Positions 1 through 12,051 of a DNA stretch of 64,000 nt are shown piece by piece. The notes beneath the pieces were generated by a model, which saw nothing but the letters and a program-made list of their open reading frames with translations, searched no databases and was not told the DNA's origin. Every line of letters starts with the position of its first letter. Position 1 is the first letter of the stretch. Location of the stretch: NCBI GenBank assembly GCA_964019335.1, contig OZ025691.1:484998-548997 (forward strand). Direction: 5' to 3'. A program made the translations under genes and the position numbers. The stretch is from Diplonema japonicum (taxonomy: Eukaryota; Protista; Euglenozoa: Diplonemea).

Positions 1-307
1 AAGCCTTCATAGTCTGCCAAGGACACTCTCTCCCCAAGGGTTATAACCCCATCGATGTGCTCATCAACCCCATGCACAACGCTGCCTACGACTCTCTCTC
101 GTCCGAGGCCGCCGGTGACACAAGAAAGGTGATCCCCTTCATTGCATGTGGAGATCTGTCAGCGTATGTTACGTTCTCTTTTTTGCACCTTCTCGCAGGT
201 ACGACTCGGAGCAGGCTCACGCAGTCTCAACAGCAACATTACCCCCGGTGGCCCCCCCCGTGGACCCTCCGTACAAAGAGGCGCTTGATATTCAGAGAGG
301 CGCGTAG
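1..307 (+). CDS. TRM7: 3' end of tRNA (C32/G34 2'-O)-methyltransferase Trm7/FTSJ1; 5'-partial; intron 164-198
   Basis: Spliced translation AFIVCQG...KVIPFIACGDLSA|YDSE...LPPVAPPVDPPYKEAL matches the Trm7/FTSJ1 C-terminal motifs (PFxACGDLSxYDSD, PVxPPxxPPY). Removing a 35-nt GTATG..CAG intron restores the motif. Stop TAG at 305-307. Confidence 0.85.
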
Positions 308-395
308 GGACATATGGAGGTGGTAGCTTGTCAGTTACGTCACAAAGATTTTAAAATGCGCAGAGTGTAAAAAGATATCACAGTGACAATGTAAA

Positions 396-1096
396 ATGAG
401 CGGGAAGGTTAAAATAGATGGCAAACGTACTGTGGTGGTGTTGGGGTTGATGGAAACGGCACGCTGGGAGGACCTTGCGTGGCAAATGGAGTACCATGGT
501 GTGGTGGAGTACCATGATGAGTACATGGACCCACGGTCGCCGGGGGATAAGATCTTTGTTGTGATGTTCGCTACGCGAGAGGGGGCTGAGAATGCCCTCC
601 TCATGTCGGACACTGATCACGAAGGCCGCACGATGATTGTCTCCTCCGTCAAGGTGGGCGTCGCGCCTGTAACAGTCAACGACGTGAAGCAAGGTGTTAA
701 TGTCCAGCTGCAGCCTTTGCTACAGCTGAACTACGAGCCTCAGCAAACTGGCGCGTCAGATAAAGACAGCGGTATGCCAATCATGTTGCACTGTACGACC
801 AATATAGAAACCTCGGTGAGATTAACAAAGAAAAAGAAGAAAAAGAAGAAAGACAAAAGCAACGACCTCTTGGAGAAAGGTCTGACTGAGTTCATGACGT
901 GGAAGCCTCAGAGGCAGCTGCAGACAGCTGGGGCATGCATGTTGGCCGCGGCAGGTATGTTTATCATATTCTGAAGGAAAAAAAAAACTTCTGCGCAGCA
1001 TTCACGGCAGTGACGTCGAAGAATGTGAAAAACAGGAAGAGTGAGACGGAGCAGGGGTTCAAAATGCTTTCACGGGAATTGAACAAGTTAGTATAG
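396..1096 (+). CDS. RRM-like protein (Vip1/BPA1-like), ~206 aa; introns 772-807 and 955-998
   Basis: N-terminal RTVVVLGL...VVMFATREGAENALLMSD pattern resembles an RRM. The intron at 955-998 joins ORF 396 to the frame of ORF 899..1096. The 772-807 intron is in-frame and less certain. Confidence 0.6.
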
Positions 1097-1148
1097 AGGA
1101 TCTTTTTAAACACGTACCTCTTTTCGATTGCTATTCAAGGAATACACT

Positions 1149-2044
1149 ATGGGTTTTGAGCCTGACCAGCCTGTGGCGCCTCCTGCGCCCATCGTACCGG
1201 AGCCCGTTGCGGTGGCTGGTGAACCGGAGCCTGAGACTGCTCCTGTGTCTGAGGCACCTGTGGTGGCGGCTGCGCCACAGCCTGTGGTGGCACCGAGTGC
1301 CGTTGGTCGAAGCGTGGCTGTGACGGGCCTGTCGCAGAATGTGACGCCTGCCATGGTTGAAGAATTCATGCTCTTCTGTGGTGAGGTTGAGAAAGTAGAG
1401 ATCAAGCCTGACTCCAGCGCACAGCACTGCTTCTTAGCCATTGTCATTTTCGCCGACGCTACTTCTGTCGAGGATGGTATGCATACCGCCATTTCACCAC
1501 TTCTCACACAGCCCTCATTCTGACCGGTGCCGTAGTGGGTGACAGCACCGTCACCATCTCCAACCTCGACATTGTGAATAGTGACCCCGATGCCTATGAT
1601 GTGGTTGCTGAAAAGTATATGCACACAAACATAACACGAACCATCAACCCAGAGCCACCAAGGCCTCCGACATGGTGCAGAAGGTGATCAAGGCGGGGTA
1701 CATTAATGGCACAGCACTTGCCGGCGAAATCAAAGCCAAGGCAGTGGCGCTCGATGAAAAGCACAAAATTGTTGACAAGACAAAAGGTATGCTGTCTTTC
1801 ATCAAAACGTGCCATATAAGCCAAACCACAGAAGCCGACATTCCTGGAAAGGCCAAAGCCGTTGCAGGCGCTGTTGGTTCGTATGGTGTTGCAGTGAAGG
1901 ATAAGATTACCGGGAAGCCAAGAGACTATACTGAAGAGGAGAAGCAAGAGTTTATTAACGCTGGCAGCCGTCAGTGGTATGTCCATTTGCCTCGCTCATG
2001 TTCACAGGACGCAAAACACGGCTTCGACGCAGCCCCAGTGGTGA
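1149..2044 (+). CDS. Vip1/BPA1-like RRM protein, ~248 aa; introns 1477-1511, 1615-1652, 1787-1831, 1977-2007
   Basis: Pro/Ala-rich N-terminus, then an RRM (RSVAVTGLS...FMLFCGEVEKVEI...AIVIF...DALILTGAVV), then KVIKAGYING...KAVALDEKHKI, which resembles the Vip1/BPA1 helix motif. Four GTAT..AG introns give a continuous frame. Confidence 0.7.
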
Positions 2045-2187
2045 AGAGCATTCGTGACTAGCCTATTTTTTGTCCGTTCATTCTCGAACGATGACCTAGC
2101 CAGTGTGTGTAAGGGCTTTGATGTATTCGAACCCGCAGGCTTTAGTACCTTTGCAGAAGCGATCACTACAGGTAAGATCTATCAAAG

Positions 2188-5100
2188 ATGTTGGTGTTGC
2201 GCGGAAATGCCCATGCGAGCGAAGCTCAAGTGAAAAAGGTACTTAGTCTGTTGAACAGCAGGCTGTCCGAGCCTGTTAAACAGCTCTGCCTTGTGACCAT
2301 GCACTACATTGAGCTGAAGGAAGGGTCCGAGCTCTCTGACGAAGCCAGAGCGATGGTCGACAAATGCCTTGAGTACGGGTACCACCTCGATGAGAAGTTG
2401 GCTGGGGCGAGCCCGTACTCATTGACGGTGCTTCCCAGGTCCGGCACAACCACGCCATGGAGCAGCAAGGCAACAGAAATCCTTGCTCTGTGCCTGCACC
2501 CATCGCCCGTCTCGCGCATTGAGCACGGTGTAGCTTGGAAGTTTGACAGGAAGCTCACTGACGAGGAAGTGGCACTCATCAAGGACATCATTCATGACCG
2601 CATGACGCAGACCATCCTTCCTGACGGGAGTGAAGCCACTCACGAGATGCTCTTCAGCCACTCGTCACCGAAGGAGCTCCGCACCGTCCCCCTGAACCTC
2701 GAGAGCCTTAATGAGGCCAACAGAAACTTCGGTCTCGCCTTGCAGGCCGATGAGATCGAGTACATCATCAAGTCGTGGCCCCGTGACCCTACCGATGCCG
2801 AGCTTATGATGTTCGCACAGGTCAACAGCGAGCACTGCAGGCACAAGATCTTCAACGCCAGCTGGACGCTCGACGGTGAGGAGATGCCCCGTTCCCTGTT
2901 CCAGATGATCAAGAACACTCACGCCAACGCACCTGAGGGCGTTCTGTCCGCCTACAAGGACAACGCCGCAGTGCTGAAGGGACACACTGCCCAGCGTTTC
3001 TTCAGCGATGCTAACACGCACGAGTACAAGGCAGTGGAGGAACCCGTTCACATTGTGTGCAAGGTGGAAACCCACAACCACCCTACTGCTATCTCACCCT
3101 TTGCCGGTGCAGCCACAGGGTCTGGTGGTGAAATCCGTGACGAAGGTGCTACAGGTATTGGTGGCAAGCCCAAGGCGGGGATGTGTGGTTTCAGTGTGTC
3201 GCACCTGTTGATTCCTGAAGCCGAGCAGCCATGGGAAGACAAGGAGATCGGCAAGCCCAAGAAGATCGCGTCTGCCCTGCAGATCATGCTTGATGCACCC
3301 ATCGGTGCATCGAGGTTCAACAACGAGTTCGGGAGACCTGCAGTCAACGGGTACTTCAGGAGTTTCCTGCAGACTGTGAAGAACGGTGACGTGAAGGGGT
3401 ACCACAAGCCCATTATGCTTGCTGGTGGTCTGGGTAACATCCGTGACAATCACATTGAAAAGAAGCCTGTGGGCCCTGGGTGCCACGTTGTGGTCCTTGG
3501 TGGTCCCGCCATGCTCATTGGTCTTGGTGGTGGCGCCGCAAGTTCCATGGCTCAAGGCAGTGCTGCTGAGGACGTTGACTTCGCGTCAGTGCAGCGTGAC
3601 AACGCAGAACTCGAGAGGCGTTGCCAGGAGGTCATCGACGCATGCTGGGCCCTCGGTGACGAGAACCCCATTCTCTGCATTCACGACGTTGGTGCGGGAG
3701 GGCTTAGCAATGCCATCCCCGAGGTCCTTCACGACTCTGGGAACGGTGGTGTCATCCACCTAAGGAAGGTGCCCAGCACTGAGATGGGCATGAGCCCCAT
3801 GGAGATTTGGTGCAACGAAGCACAGGTATTCTTTCAAGGTGTAGTATTAACTTCTACAGGAGCGTTACGTTATTGCTTGTAACTCGGAAGGCTTGGCCCG
3901 TATTGAAGCCATCTGCAAGAGGTATGCGCCACCTACTCATCATCATCCTCCATTCACAGGGAGCGTTGCATCTACGGTGTCGTTGGGCAGACCACCGAGG
4001 AGCAGAGGCTCGTTGTTGTGGATGAGCTTTTAAAGAACAACACTGTCGACCTTCCGATGTCCACTCTGTATGTTTATACGTTCGTCTTCATTCCATCTTA
4101 GGTTCGGCAAGCCTCCCAAGATGAGCAAGTCGGTGACTACCAACAAGTCTGACACTGGTGCTCTCGACTTCTCCGCTAAACCCGATGAAGCACTTGTCAG
4201 GGTGCTGTCCAACCCTACCGTCGCTAGCAAGAACTTCCTGATCACCATTGGTGATCGCAGCGTGACGGGTTTGGTCTCGAGAGACCAGATGGTCGGCAAG
4301 TGGCAAGTACCTCTGGCAGATGTCGCTGTGACTTGCTCTTCTTACGACTCGTATGTTTGATTTCATTCTTAAAATGCCCGCAGATACCACGGTGAGGCCA
4401 TGGCCAACGGTGAGCGGACGCCTGTTGCCGTGATCGACGGCCCCAGCAGCGCTGGCCTTGCCGTCGGTGAGGCCCTGACTAACATCCTTGCTGCTGATGT
4501 TGAGGCATTGAAGGATGTGAGGTTCTCGGCAAACTGGATGGTCAACTCCGGCAGCAATGAGGAGGACTACAGCCTGTACCGCACCGTGGAGAAGATCGGA
4601 ATGGACCTTTCCCCCAAGCTGGGAATTGCCATCCCCGTGGGCAAGGACTCCATGTCCATGAAGTCCATCTGGAAGTATGTCATATTTTGTTATCTCACTC
4701 ACGCAGGGACGAAAAGGGTGACAAAAAGGTGGCCGCACCACTCTCTGTGGTGATCACTGCTTTCGCCCCCGTCAGGGATGTCAGGAACACCATCACACCG
4801 GACTTGAAGGCCGTGTCGTGCGACACCGTCATCGTCATGGTGGACCTTGCATTGGGTGCCAGGAGGCTGGGAGGCAGCATCCTTGCGCAATGCTTCAAGA
4901 CAATGGGCACAGACGCACCCGATATGGTGTCAACAGATGCCATCGTTGCCTTCTCGAAGGCCATGACAAAGCTGCGAGAGGGGAAACACGTGCTCGCCTA
5001 CCACGACAGGTCAGACGGTGGTTTGGCATCGGCTCTGACAGAGATGTGCATTGCAGGGCACATGGGTATCGACGTCAACCTCGGTGAAGCCGCCAACAAC

Positions 5101-6399
5101 GGCGATGTGCTGAGTCTGCTCTTCAACGAGGAGCTCGGTGTGGCGCTGCAAGTGCGCGCCTCCGACATCGACACCGTGAAGGAAATCTTTGTGAGCAGTG
5201 GTCTGGACGCGAAGCACGTTGCTGTGCTCGGTAAGGTCACCAAGGAGCAGCGCGTCATCCTGAGGACCAGCCAGGGTGTTGCCGTGGACAGAAAGCGTGT
5301 GGAGCTCCACCGCATTTGGGCCGAGACTTCCTACCGCATGCAGGCCATGCGTGATAACGCTGAGTGCGCCAAGCAGGAGTTTGACGTCATCCTCGATGAA
5401 GAAGACCCTGGTTTGAGCTCAAAGCTCACCTTCGACATCCCCAAGCCCATGCCAATTGTTGACAACGCACCTTCTGTGGCCATTCTCAGGGAGCAGGGTG
5501 TGAACGGGCACGTCGAGATGGCGTGGGCCTTCAGGAGTGCAGGCTTCAGGGTGCATGACGTGCACATGTCGGATGTCCTGACTGGTGCCACGGTATGTTT
5601 TTGGGTCTGGTACTTTACACACCTGACAGACTCTTGATAAATTCCGCGGTGTTGTGTCCTGCGGTGGCTTCTCGTATGGCGACACCCTGGGCGCGGGCAG
5701 AGGGTGGGCGAGCACCATCAAGGGGAACCCGCAGGCCCTCACCCAGTTCAAGACGTTTTTCCACCGACCGGACACATTCGCTTTGGGGGTATGTTTCACT
5801 TCACAGCAAAACAAATTGAACTTTAACAGATCTGCAACGGGTGCCAGATGCTTGGCTCGCTGTGGGACCTCGTCCCCGGGGCGGCTGAGTGGCCTACTTT
5901 CACGTACAACGAGTCCACGCAGGTATGATGATGGTTGTCTATTTCATTCAACTTTTCACAGTTCGAGGCGCGTGTGTCAATGGTGAAGGTGCAGGGCAGC
6001 AAGTCTGTCTTCTTCAACGAGATGGAGGGGTCTGTGATACCTGTTGCTGTGTCGCATGGTGAAGGGCGTGCTGAGTTCAGGTCGGAGGCAGACCAAAAGG
6101 CATGCGCCGTGCCGCTCAGATACGTAGACACCAGGGGGCAGACTGCCAAGACCTTCCCCTACAACCCCAACGGCTCCCCGGAGGGTATCGCAGGTGTGTG
6201 CAGCGCAGACGGTCGTGTGACTGCACTGATGCCTCACCCTGAGAGAGTGCTTCGTACATTCTGCAACAGCTGGACCCCTGACCATGAGGCCGAGTCTGAG
6301 AACAAATGGGGTGACTACAGCCCTTGGCTTCAGGTATTCCCACCACAACACACCAACTCACAACAGATGTTCGTGAACGCGAGGAAATGGTGCAACTGA
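2188..6399 (+). CDS. PFAS: Phosphoribosylformylglycinamidine synthase (large-type PurL/Ade6), 1,296 aa; 9 introns: 3826-3859, 3922-3959, 4068-4101, 4351-4383, 4675-4706, 5593-5629, 5789-5829, 5923-5961, 6334-6366
   Basis: Motifs [79 protein letters not shown] and MPHPER. Removing the 9 introns gives one frame of the length expected for a large PurL. Confidence 0.97.
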
Positions 6400-6765
6400 G
6401 CACAGCCAAGGATCTAGGAAGGGCTCAGTCTCAAGCGCAATGTTAACATGTGCTGGCTTGGCTGTGTTCTCCCTGCAAGCCTATTTTTTTCCGCCGTCAT
6501 TTCCGTCTATCATCAGTGTAGCGAGATCGCCCCGTAAGGGCCGTTGTTTGTTTTACTTTGCTTCCTTTTTTCCTATATATTTTTTCTCCTTTTTACGATT
6601 AGTAAGGCACGACTGTGGGTAGCAGGATGCGCCCAAAAGGGAGTATCAAGACGCTCTGCGGTGGGCTTGCTAGTTTCCATCATAGTGAATTGCCGTTTGT
6701 CATTTTCATCGTGAGTGACACCTAATCTTCTTGCTTTTTTACCTGGCATCTACTTATTTCAGGTG

Positions 6766-8072
6766 ATGAGATGGCGATTTGCATGTTTAGCCATCTTCGT
6801 GATGAGCGCCGCTCTGGTGCAGCTGCATGAAGTGCTGCTGCCACGGATCGACACATCCACACGACACATAGCAAGGCAGCGATGTAACAGCACTATGTGC
6901 AGCAAGACGGCTTACGTGCAGGGAGGCAATGCTGTGAAGATATTGATCAACAGCGGCAGGTGGTCCGAGACGCGCGAAGAGCAAGATGCGACATTGATAT
7001 GGCTGAGGAATGCTGGCAACTACCGCATACAGAACACGCAGATCTACAACAAGCTCCCCACCTCTCTCCCTATCGCGGACAAGTCTTACCTGTATAAGTA
7101 CATACATGGGTATGAGACTGCGAAGAACATCACGACCACTCCCCTGCCTTTCACGATTCCCTTGTTCAGCGTCGACGAGATGAACGCTTTAGGGAAGGCC
7201 GCGTCCTCAATGCCTGGGTTGTGGATCGTGAAGCAGACAAGCGAGAGTATGGGCAAGGGAATCATCATTGTCGACGACATGCCACTGTGGGTGCGGACGC
7301 CAGCCTTCTCGAACATAGCGATCAAGGTACAAAAAGGGCAGCGTTACGTTTGCCAGAAGTACATCACAAACCCACTACTGCTGGAGGGGAGGAAGAGTGA
7401 AGTGAGGCTGTACTGGGCGGTGTTGTCACTGGACCCGCTCATAGCGGTGGTGTTCAACGAGGGACAGGTTCGGCTGAACAGCATGCAGTACAGAAACGAC
7501 TCGTTCAACGACCCGAGGATTCATTTGACAAATGCGCACCAGCAGGAAAAGCACCCGGAATACAAAAAGATGATGAGGAGTGGGAAACTCAAGTGGACAC
7601 TGCGACAGTGGAAGAATTATCTTAGCAGTGAGTATAATCTGAATGAAGAAGGCGCACAGAAATTGGTAGACCGCATGAAGTGGTCGCTGGTTCGAGCTGT
7701 GAACGCAACAAGCACGAAGCTGATGCAGAAAGAGGGCACCAGCGAAGAAGAGTCAAGGGGGAGGTTTGAAGTCTTTGGTGCCGACTTCATCGTCACATCG
7801 AACTTCACTGTGATGCTAACGGAAGTCCAGCAGGGCCCCGGCCTGTCGCACGCGGACCCTGTCAAGGCAAAGATCATCCATGAGGCCGTCACCGGCGCTG
7901 TCGAAATGGCCTACGACTTGATGCATCTGCGTTACACCAACCAGCCTCTGACAAACCTCTCACTCCAACCGGACTACGAGGTATCATCACAAAACATAAC
8001 ACAACAACAACACCACAGTACTTGGTAAATGAAGCAGTAGACCCTCCTTTTTACTTCGACAGTTTTCATTAG
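6766..8072 (+). CDS. Tubulin-tyrosine-ligase (TTL/TTLL) family ATP-grasp protein with N-terminal signal anchor, ~422 aa; intron 7981-8018
   Basis: WIVKQ..SMGKGIII, QKYITNPLLLEGRKSEVRLY, HLTN and FEVFGADF...LTEVQQGP are TTL-family motifs. The N-terminus is hydrophobic. The start codon is uncertain; a possible upstream exon begins at 6627. Confidence 0.82.
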
Positions 8073-8125
8073 CCTGCTGAACAGCATTGCGCACTAGCAA
8101 AAGCAAAGCCACCTTAGCATGGAAA

Positions 8126-8598
8126 ATGGGAGTTTATGAATGTTACACGGGCGACAAGGAGTGCAGCAAGTATGACAGCTTTGTTTATTTTTTTCACCTT
8201 TTTTTTTAGAACAAAGTTGCGGGTGCTTCAGAAACAGGAGCCTGACATCGAATGTGTGGTGGACCCGGAGTGGGATGCGTACGACCCGAGGGTGGTAGGC
8301 GCAGCACTGCGACAGGGAGGGTGTAGGTTTTTGGTACTTCGGCCAGCGGGAAATGCTGAGGATCAGCTTGCGATAGAGAAGACGAAGGCTGCCATCCAAG
8401 CACGCCAGCCACCTGAAAACCCGCAGACGGTATGACTTGTACCCCTTTGAACCAATTCTACAGAAAGCGGATGTAACTGCTTCCGTAGCGGAAACAGGAC
8501 TGCGGTTTATTCAACAGTACCTTGTCGCACCATTGTCTTGCAGGCAGGTTTTGAACGCGCAGTTTAAGCCACCTGAACGGCCGATGGGGAGACGTTAG
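8126..8598 (+). CDS. Hypothetical protein, 132 aa, 3 exons; introns 8170-8209 and 8430-8463
   Basis: ATG at 8126 and two GTATG..YAG introns (40 and 34 nt) give a stop-free frame MGVYECYTGDKECSK|TKLRVLQ...PENPQT|KADVTAS...PMGRR*. Confidence 0.6.
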
Positions 8599-8646
8599 TG
8601 AGTATCATAGCCTGCACCTGCCAGCCACCACAGGATCATAGTTAAG

Positions 8647-10983
8647 ATGATACGGCATCGATTGAAGGTGGTAGTGGGACGCCAGGTGAGGCTTTTTGGA
8701 GAGAATGTAAGGGAGGCAAAAGGAGGAATGGGTTGGGTTGAGGAGCCGGGTGACACCGCCATCGGATCGAAGGCGAGGAATTTCAGAGGGCAGGCGAACC
8801 TGCCAACTGCGACGGAAGGGCGAGTAATTGAGCTGCAGGACTCGGAAGTAAGGAAGAAGGTTGTAGTATCGCAGGATCACCCTGACATGGTGCTGACCAG
8901 GATGGACTTGGACCAAGGATATTTCTTTCAAGAAGAGGATGAGATAGGGCACCCGCCTATTCCTAACGAGCTGGTGGAAAGCTCTCTCAGCGGTACAGAC
9001 ATGCGACACGCTGCTGCAGGTGAGTACCTCGTCCCGCAGGAATGGGAAGAGCTGGGAGTGTCATCCGAGATGCAGCAGATTGCCAAGGATTGGATCGGGA
9101 CAAAACCCTCGACCATCCAGAAGGACATCATCCCAGCAATGCTGAAGCTCAAAGACCGCGACATCATCTACTCCTCTGTGACAGGGTCTGGGAAGACCAT
9201 GGCATACATCCTTGCGCTGCTGCAGCTCGTCTCGGAAGAAGAGAGGGGTATTAGTCTAGTACTGGTGCCATCAAGGGAACTTGCGCTTCAGGTTTATTCG
9301 CACTGCCTGCGGTGGAGCGAAAAAGGCGCAAAATTCAACAGAAACGACAAAGAATGGCTGCAAATCCACTTGCAGGACCCTAATGAGGACATGCAGCGGC
9401 TTCATGATGATTACAAACGGCTGCAGAGCACTTGGTACGGCGGTGCACGGGTTGTGATTGCCCAGCCTGAAAGGTGGGCGGACTACTTGCTGCACTGGAG
9501 GCTGACCGTCCCCATCAGGCGCGTCGTCATCGACGAGGCTTTCACATGCTTCGACCCCATCGATGCCACGAAGGCCCCGCTTTCAAAGCGACAACACAGG
9601 GACATCAACCCCAACCCTACTGATATTATAATGTCATACTACTTAGCTTTCCCTGCCTTCAAGACACTCATGCGTGCACAAGTGATTTTGCTGACCGCTA
9701 CATTCACTGAGGCACTTCAAAAGCATGTTGTAAGGTACCTGAAGGCGAACCAGTGGACACATCTCACAACACGTCAGCTCATTCCCCCTCACATCGAGTA
9801 CTCCTTCTTGCCCGTGCCTGAGGATAGGCTGGTCTCTACCTTCCTCAGTACAGCCTTTGAGATGAACCCTTCTCGTGCTGTGGTGTTCGTTGACGACGAC
9901 GAATCCATCGAACGTGTCTACGAGAACATGGTGGAGGCTGGAATGAATGTCAGAATGTTCGATCTGGGGGATGGGAAGCTGCCGCCCTTCCAGGACTACT
10001 CGTGGCAGTATCTGCTGCTAAGAGAGCAGGTGGCCTACGGTCTGGACATCAAAAACGTGAGCCATGTGTTCATCACGCACTGCCCTTCCTCGATGGAGGC
10101 GTTCTGCCACATGGCAGGGCGGACAGGCAGGTTTGGCAACATGGGGAAGGTAGTGAGCTTCATAGAAAACACGGACAAGCTACAGTGGCACGCACAGATG
10201 CACTTGCTTGATATCAAGATTGGGTCTGAAAACGGTGCTGACATCGAAGAGGAGGTGACGAACGAGATAGCATTGATGGCAGAAGAGGAGCAGAGGTCTG
10301 CACTTGTCGAGAACGAGATACGGATCAGTAACCGTGTCATGAAGAAGAAGAAACTGTTGTACACACTTGCGAGGCAGAAAGGAGAGCTATGGAAAGCGGA
10401 GGCCCCTGTGGGGTCCATAGCACGTGTGCTGGAGGAGAATGTGCAGGCCACTCCGGTGGGGTCGATGGCACCTGATGAGATCGATGCATGGAGGGAGGAG
10501 CAAAGGAGGGAGTTTCAAAGAGTCGCAGGGCAACACGAAATAGTGGTGCACAGCGAACGTCGTCTTCAATATAAGGAAATGAACATCGACCCCTTGGAAC
10601 GCTACGGGCTCGCAAAGGGATTCAAGCACGTCAATAATTTCAAAGGACTGAAGAAGCGGTACGAGAAGAGCGTCAAGTTGACTCGAAGCAAATTTTCCAT
10701 AGTGAGGGAATGGTCGAACAAGAGGCTTATGGCCAACTTCAACACAGTCCAGCTGGCGCCTGATGGCTCCGACCCCAGCCCTACAATGCCCCCCGTCTCC
10801 CGCAAGATTAGCAACGATGGGAGCTACAAAAAATGGGCAAACTTCCGTGACCTCCCGCCTTACCCTGGGTACCAGGTACTGAAGCACGAGGGGAGGTTTG
10901 ACCACGATGCCTTCGAAGAAGATGCGAAGAAATACGATGCGAGCACAGAGGACGTCCAGCACATGAGGTCTATTAAGGAGTGA
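8647..10983 (+). CDS. Divergent DEAD-box-type RNA helicase, probably mitochondrial, 778 aa, intronless
   Basis: Q motif (PSTIQ), SVTGSGKT, LVPSRELALQ, DEAF, LTAT, YGLDIKNV and HMAGRTGRFG. The Arg-rich, acid-free N-terminus resembles a transit peptide. Confidence 0.85.
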   Translation: MIRHRLKVVVGRQVRLFGENVREAKGGMGWVEEPGDTAIGSKARNFRGQANLPTATEGRVIELQDSEVRKKVVVSQDHPDMVLTRMDLDQGYFFQEEDEIGHPPIPNELVESSLSGTDMRHAAAGEYLVPQEWEELGVSSEMQQIAKDWIGTKPSTIQKDIIPAMLKLKDRDIIYSSVTGSGKTMAYILALLQLVSEEERGISLVLVPSRELALQVYSHCLRWSEKGAKFNRNDKEWLQIHLQDPNEDMQRLHDDYKRLQSTWYGGARVVIAQPERWADYLLHWRLTVPIRRVVIDEAFTCFDPIDATKAPLSKRQHRDINPNPTDIIMSYYLAFPAFKTLMRAQVILLTATFTEALQKHVVRYLKANQWTHLTTRQLIPPHIEYSFLPVPEDRLVSTFLSTAFEMNPSRAVVFVDDDESIERVYENMVEAGMNVRMFDLGDGKLPPFQDYSWQYLLLREQVAYGLDIKNVSHVFITHCPSSMEAFCHMAGRTGRFGNMGKVVSFIENTDKLQWHAQMHLLDIKIGSENGADIEEEVTNEIALMAEEEQRSALVENEIRISNRVMKKKKLLYTLARQKGELWKAEAPVGSIARVLEENVQATPVGSMAPDEIDAWREEQRREFQRVAGQHEIVVHSERRLQYKEMNIDPLERYGLAKGFKHVNNFKGLKKRYEKSVKLTRSKFSIVREWSNKRLMANFNTVQLAPDGSDPSPTMPPVSRKISNDGSYKKWANFRDLPPYPGYQVLKHEGRFDHDAFEEDAKKYDASTEDVQHMRSIKE

Positions 10984-11052
10984 TCAGACTGACTTTATTG
11001 TTTTCTTCTTCTTTTAGTTCTTCTTATGTTTAATCTGCCTCCAGTAGCCAAC

Positions 11053-12051
11053 ATGGAGCCTCTGCATGTGAAGACGCCGTATCAGAAATCTGATGTGTTG
11101 AGTAAGTGCGGTCCGGAGGTGTACATGAAGCTCGATCTTCTGCAGGCATCTGGGTCGTTCAAGGACAGGGGCATGTTGAGACTCTGCCAGGAGCACAAGA
11201 AGAATGGTGTCACAAAGCTGGTGTCATCAAGCGGTGGGAATGCCGGTCTCGCAGTGGCCTACAGTGGGAAGCGTCTTGGTCTGAAGGCGCACGTTGTGGT
11301 GCCCACCACCACGAAGCGAATCATGGTGGAAAAGATCATTGCGATGGGCGCCACGGCACAGATACACGGCGAGAACTGGAATGCGGCGGATGAGCTTGCG
11401 AGGAAGCTGGCGACAGAGCCAGGAACGGCCTACTGCCATCCCTTCGACCACCCAATGGTGTGGACAGGACACTCTTCCATCATAGATGAGATAAAGGAGC
11501 AGGGCCCAAAGCCTGACGCTATTATCTGCGCAGTGGGTGGTGGTGGGCTTATGGCCGGGCTGCTGGAAGGGCTAAAAAGGAACGGGTGGGATGACGTGGA
11601 AGTACTCGCCGTTGAGGCGAAGGGCGCGGAGTCTCTCCATAAGGCGATGGAGGCTGGTAAGCTTGTGGCCCTGCCTGCCATCACATCTATTTGCACCTCG
11701 ATGGGGGCTCTGAAGGTCGCCGAAGGGTGTTTCGAACGTGCGAAGGAAGGAAAGGTGTCCTCTGTTGTGGTGGAAGACAAGCAAGCGGTGGCGGCACTGC
11801 TTAGCTTTGCAGACGATCATAGGTATGTCCTGCTTTGGGGCGCGCAATGCAAACAGGATGCTGGTGGAGCCGTCCTGTGCGGCATCACTGTCGTTGTGCT
11901 ACGATGCTGATCTGCGGGAGCATGTCAAAAAGTACAACACCATTGCTGTGGTATGATTTGTTGTTTAAGTGACATACGACAGATTGTGTGTGGCGGCAGT
12001 GCGTGCACAATGGAGCTCATCCAGAAATGGAAAACCGACTTCGATCTCTAA
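11053..12051 (+). CDS. SDS: L-serine/L-threonine dehydratase (PLP fold II, SDS/Cha1-like), ~310 aa; introns 11823-11856 and 11951-11982
   Basis: Motifs SGSFKDRG (PLP lysine), SSGGNAG, HPFD and VGGGGL; R|MLVEPSCAA and V|IVCGG appear after splicing. Alternative ATG at 11026. Confidence 0.9.

Noticed and set aside
3826-6366. Frameshifted or pseudogenised PFAS, programmed frameshifting, or an alternative genetic code
   Set aside because: Every break is explained by a GTAT..AG intron, giving a full-length 1,296-aa enzyme in the standard code.
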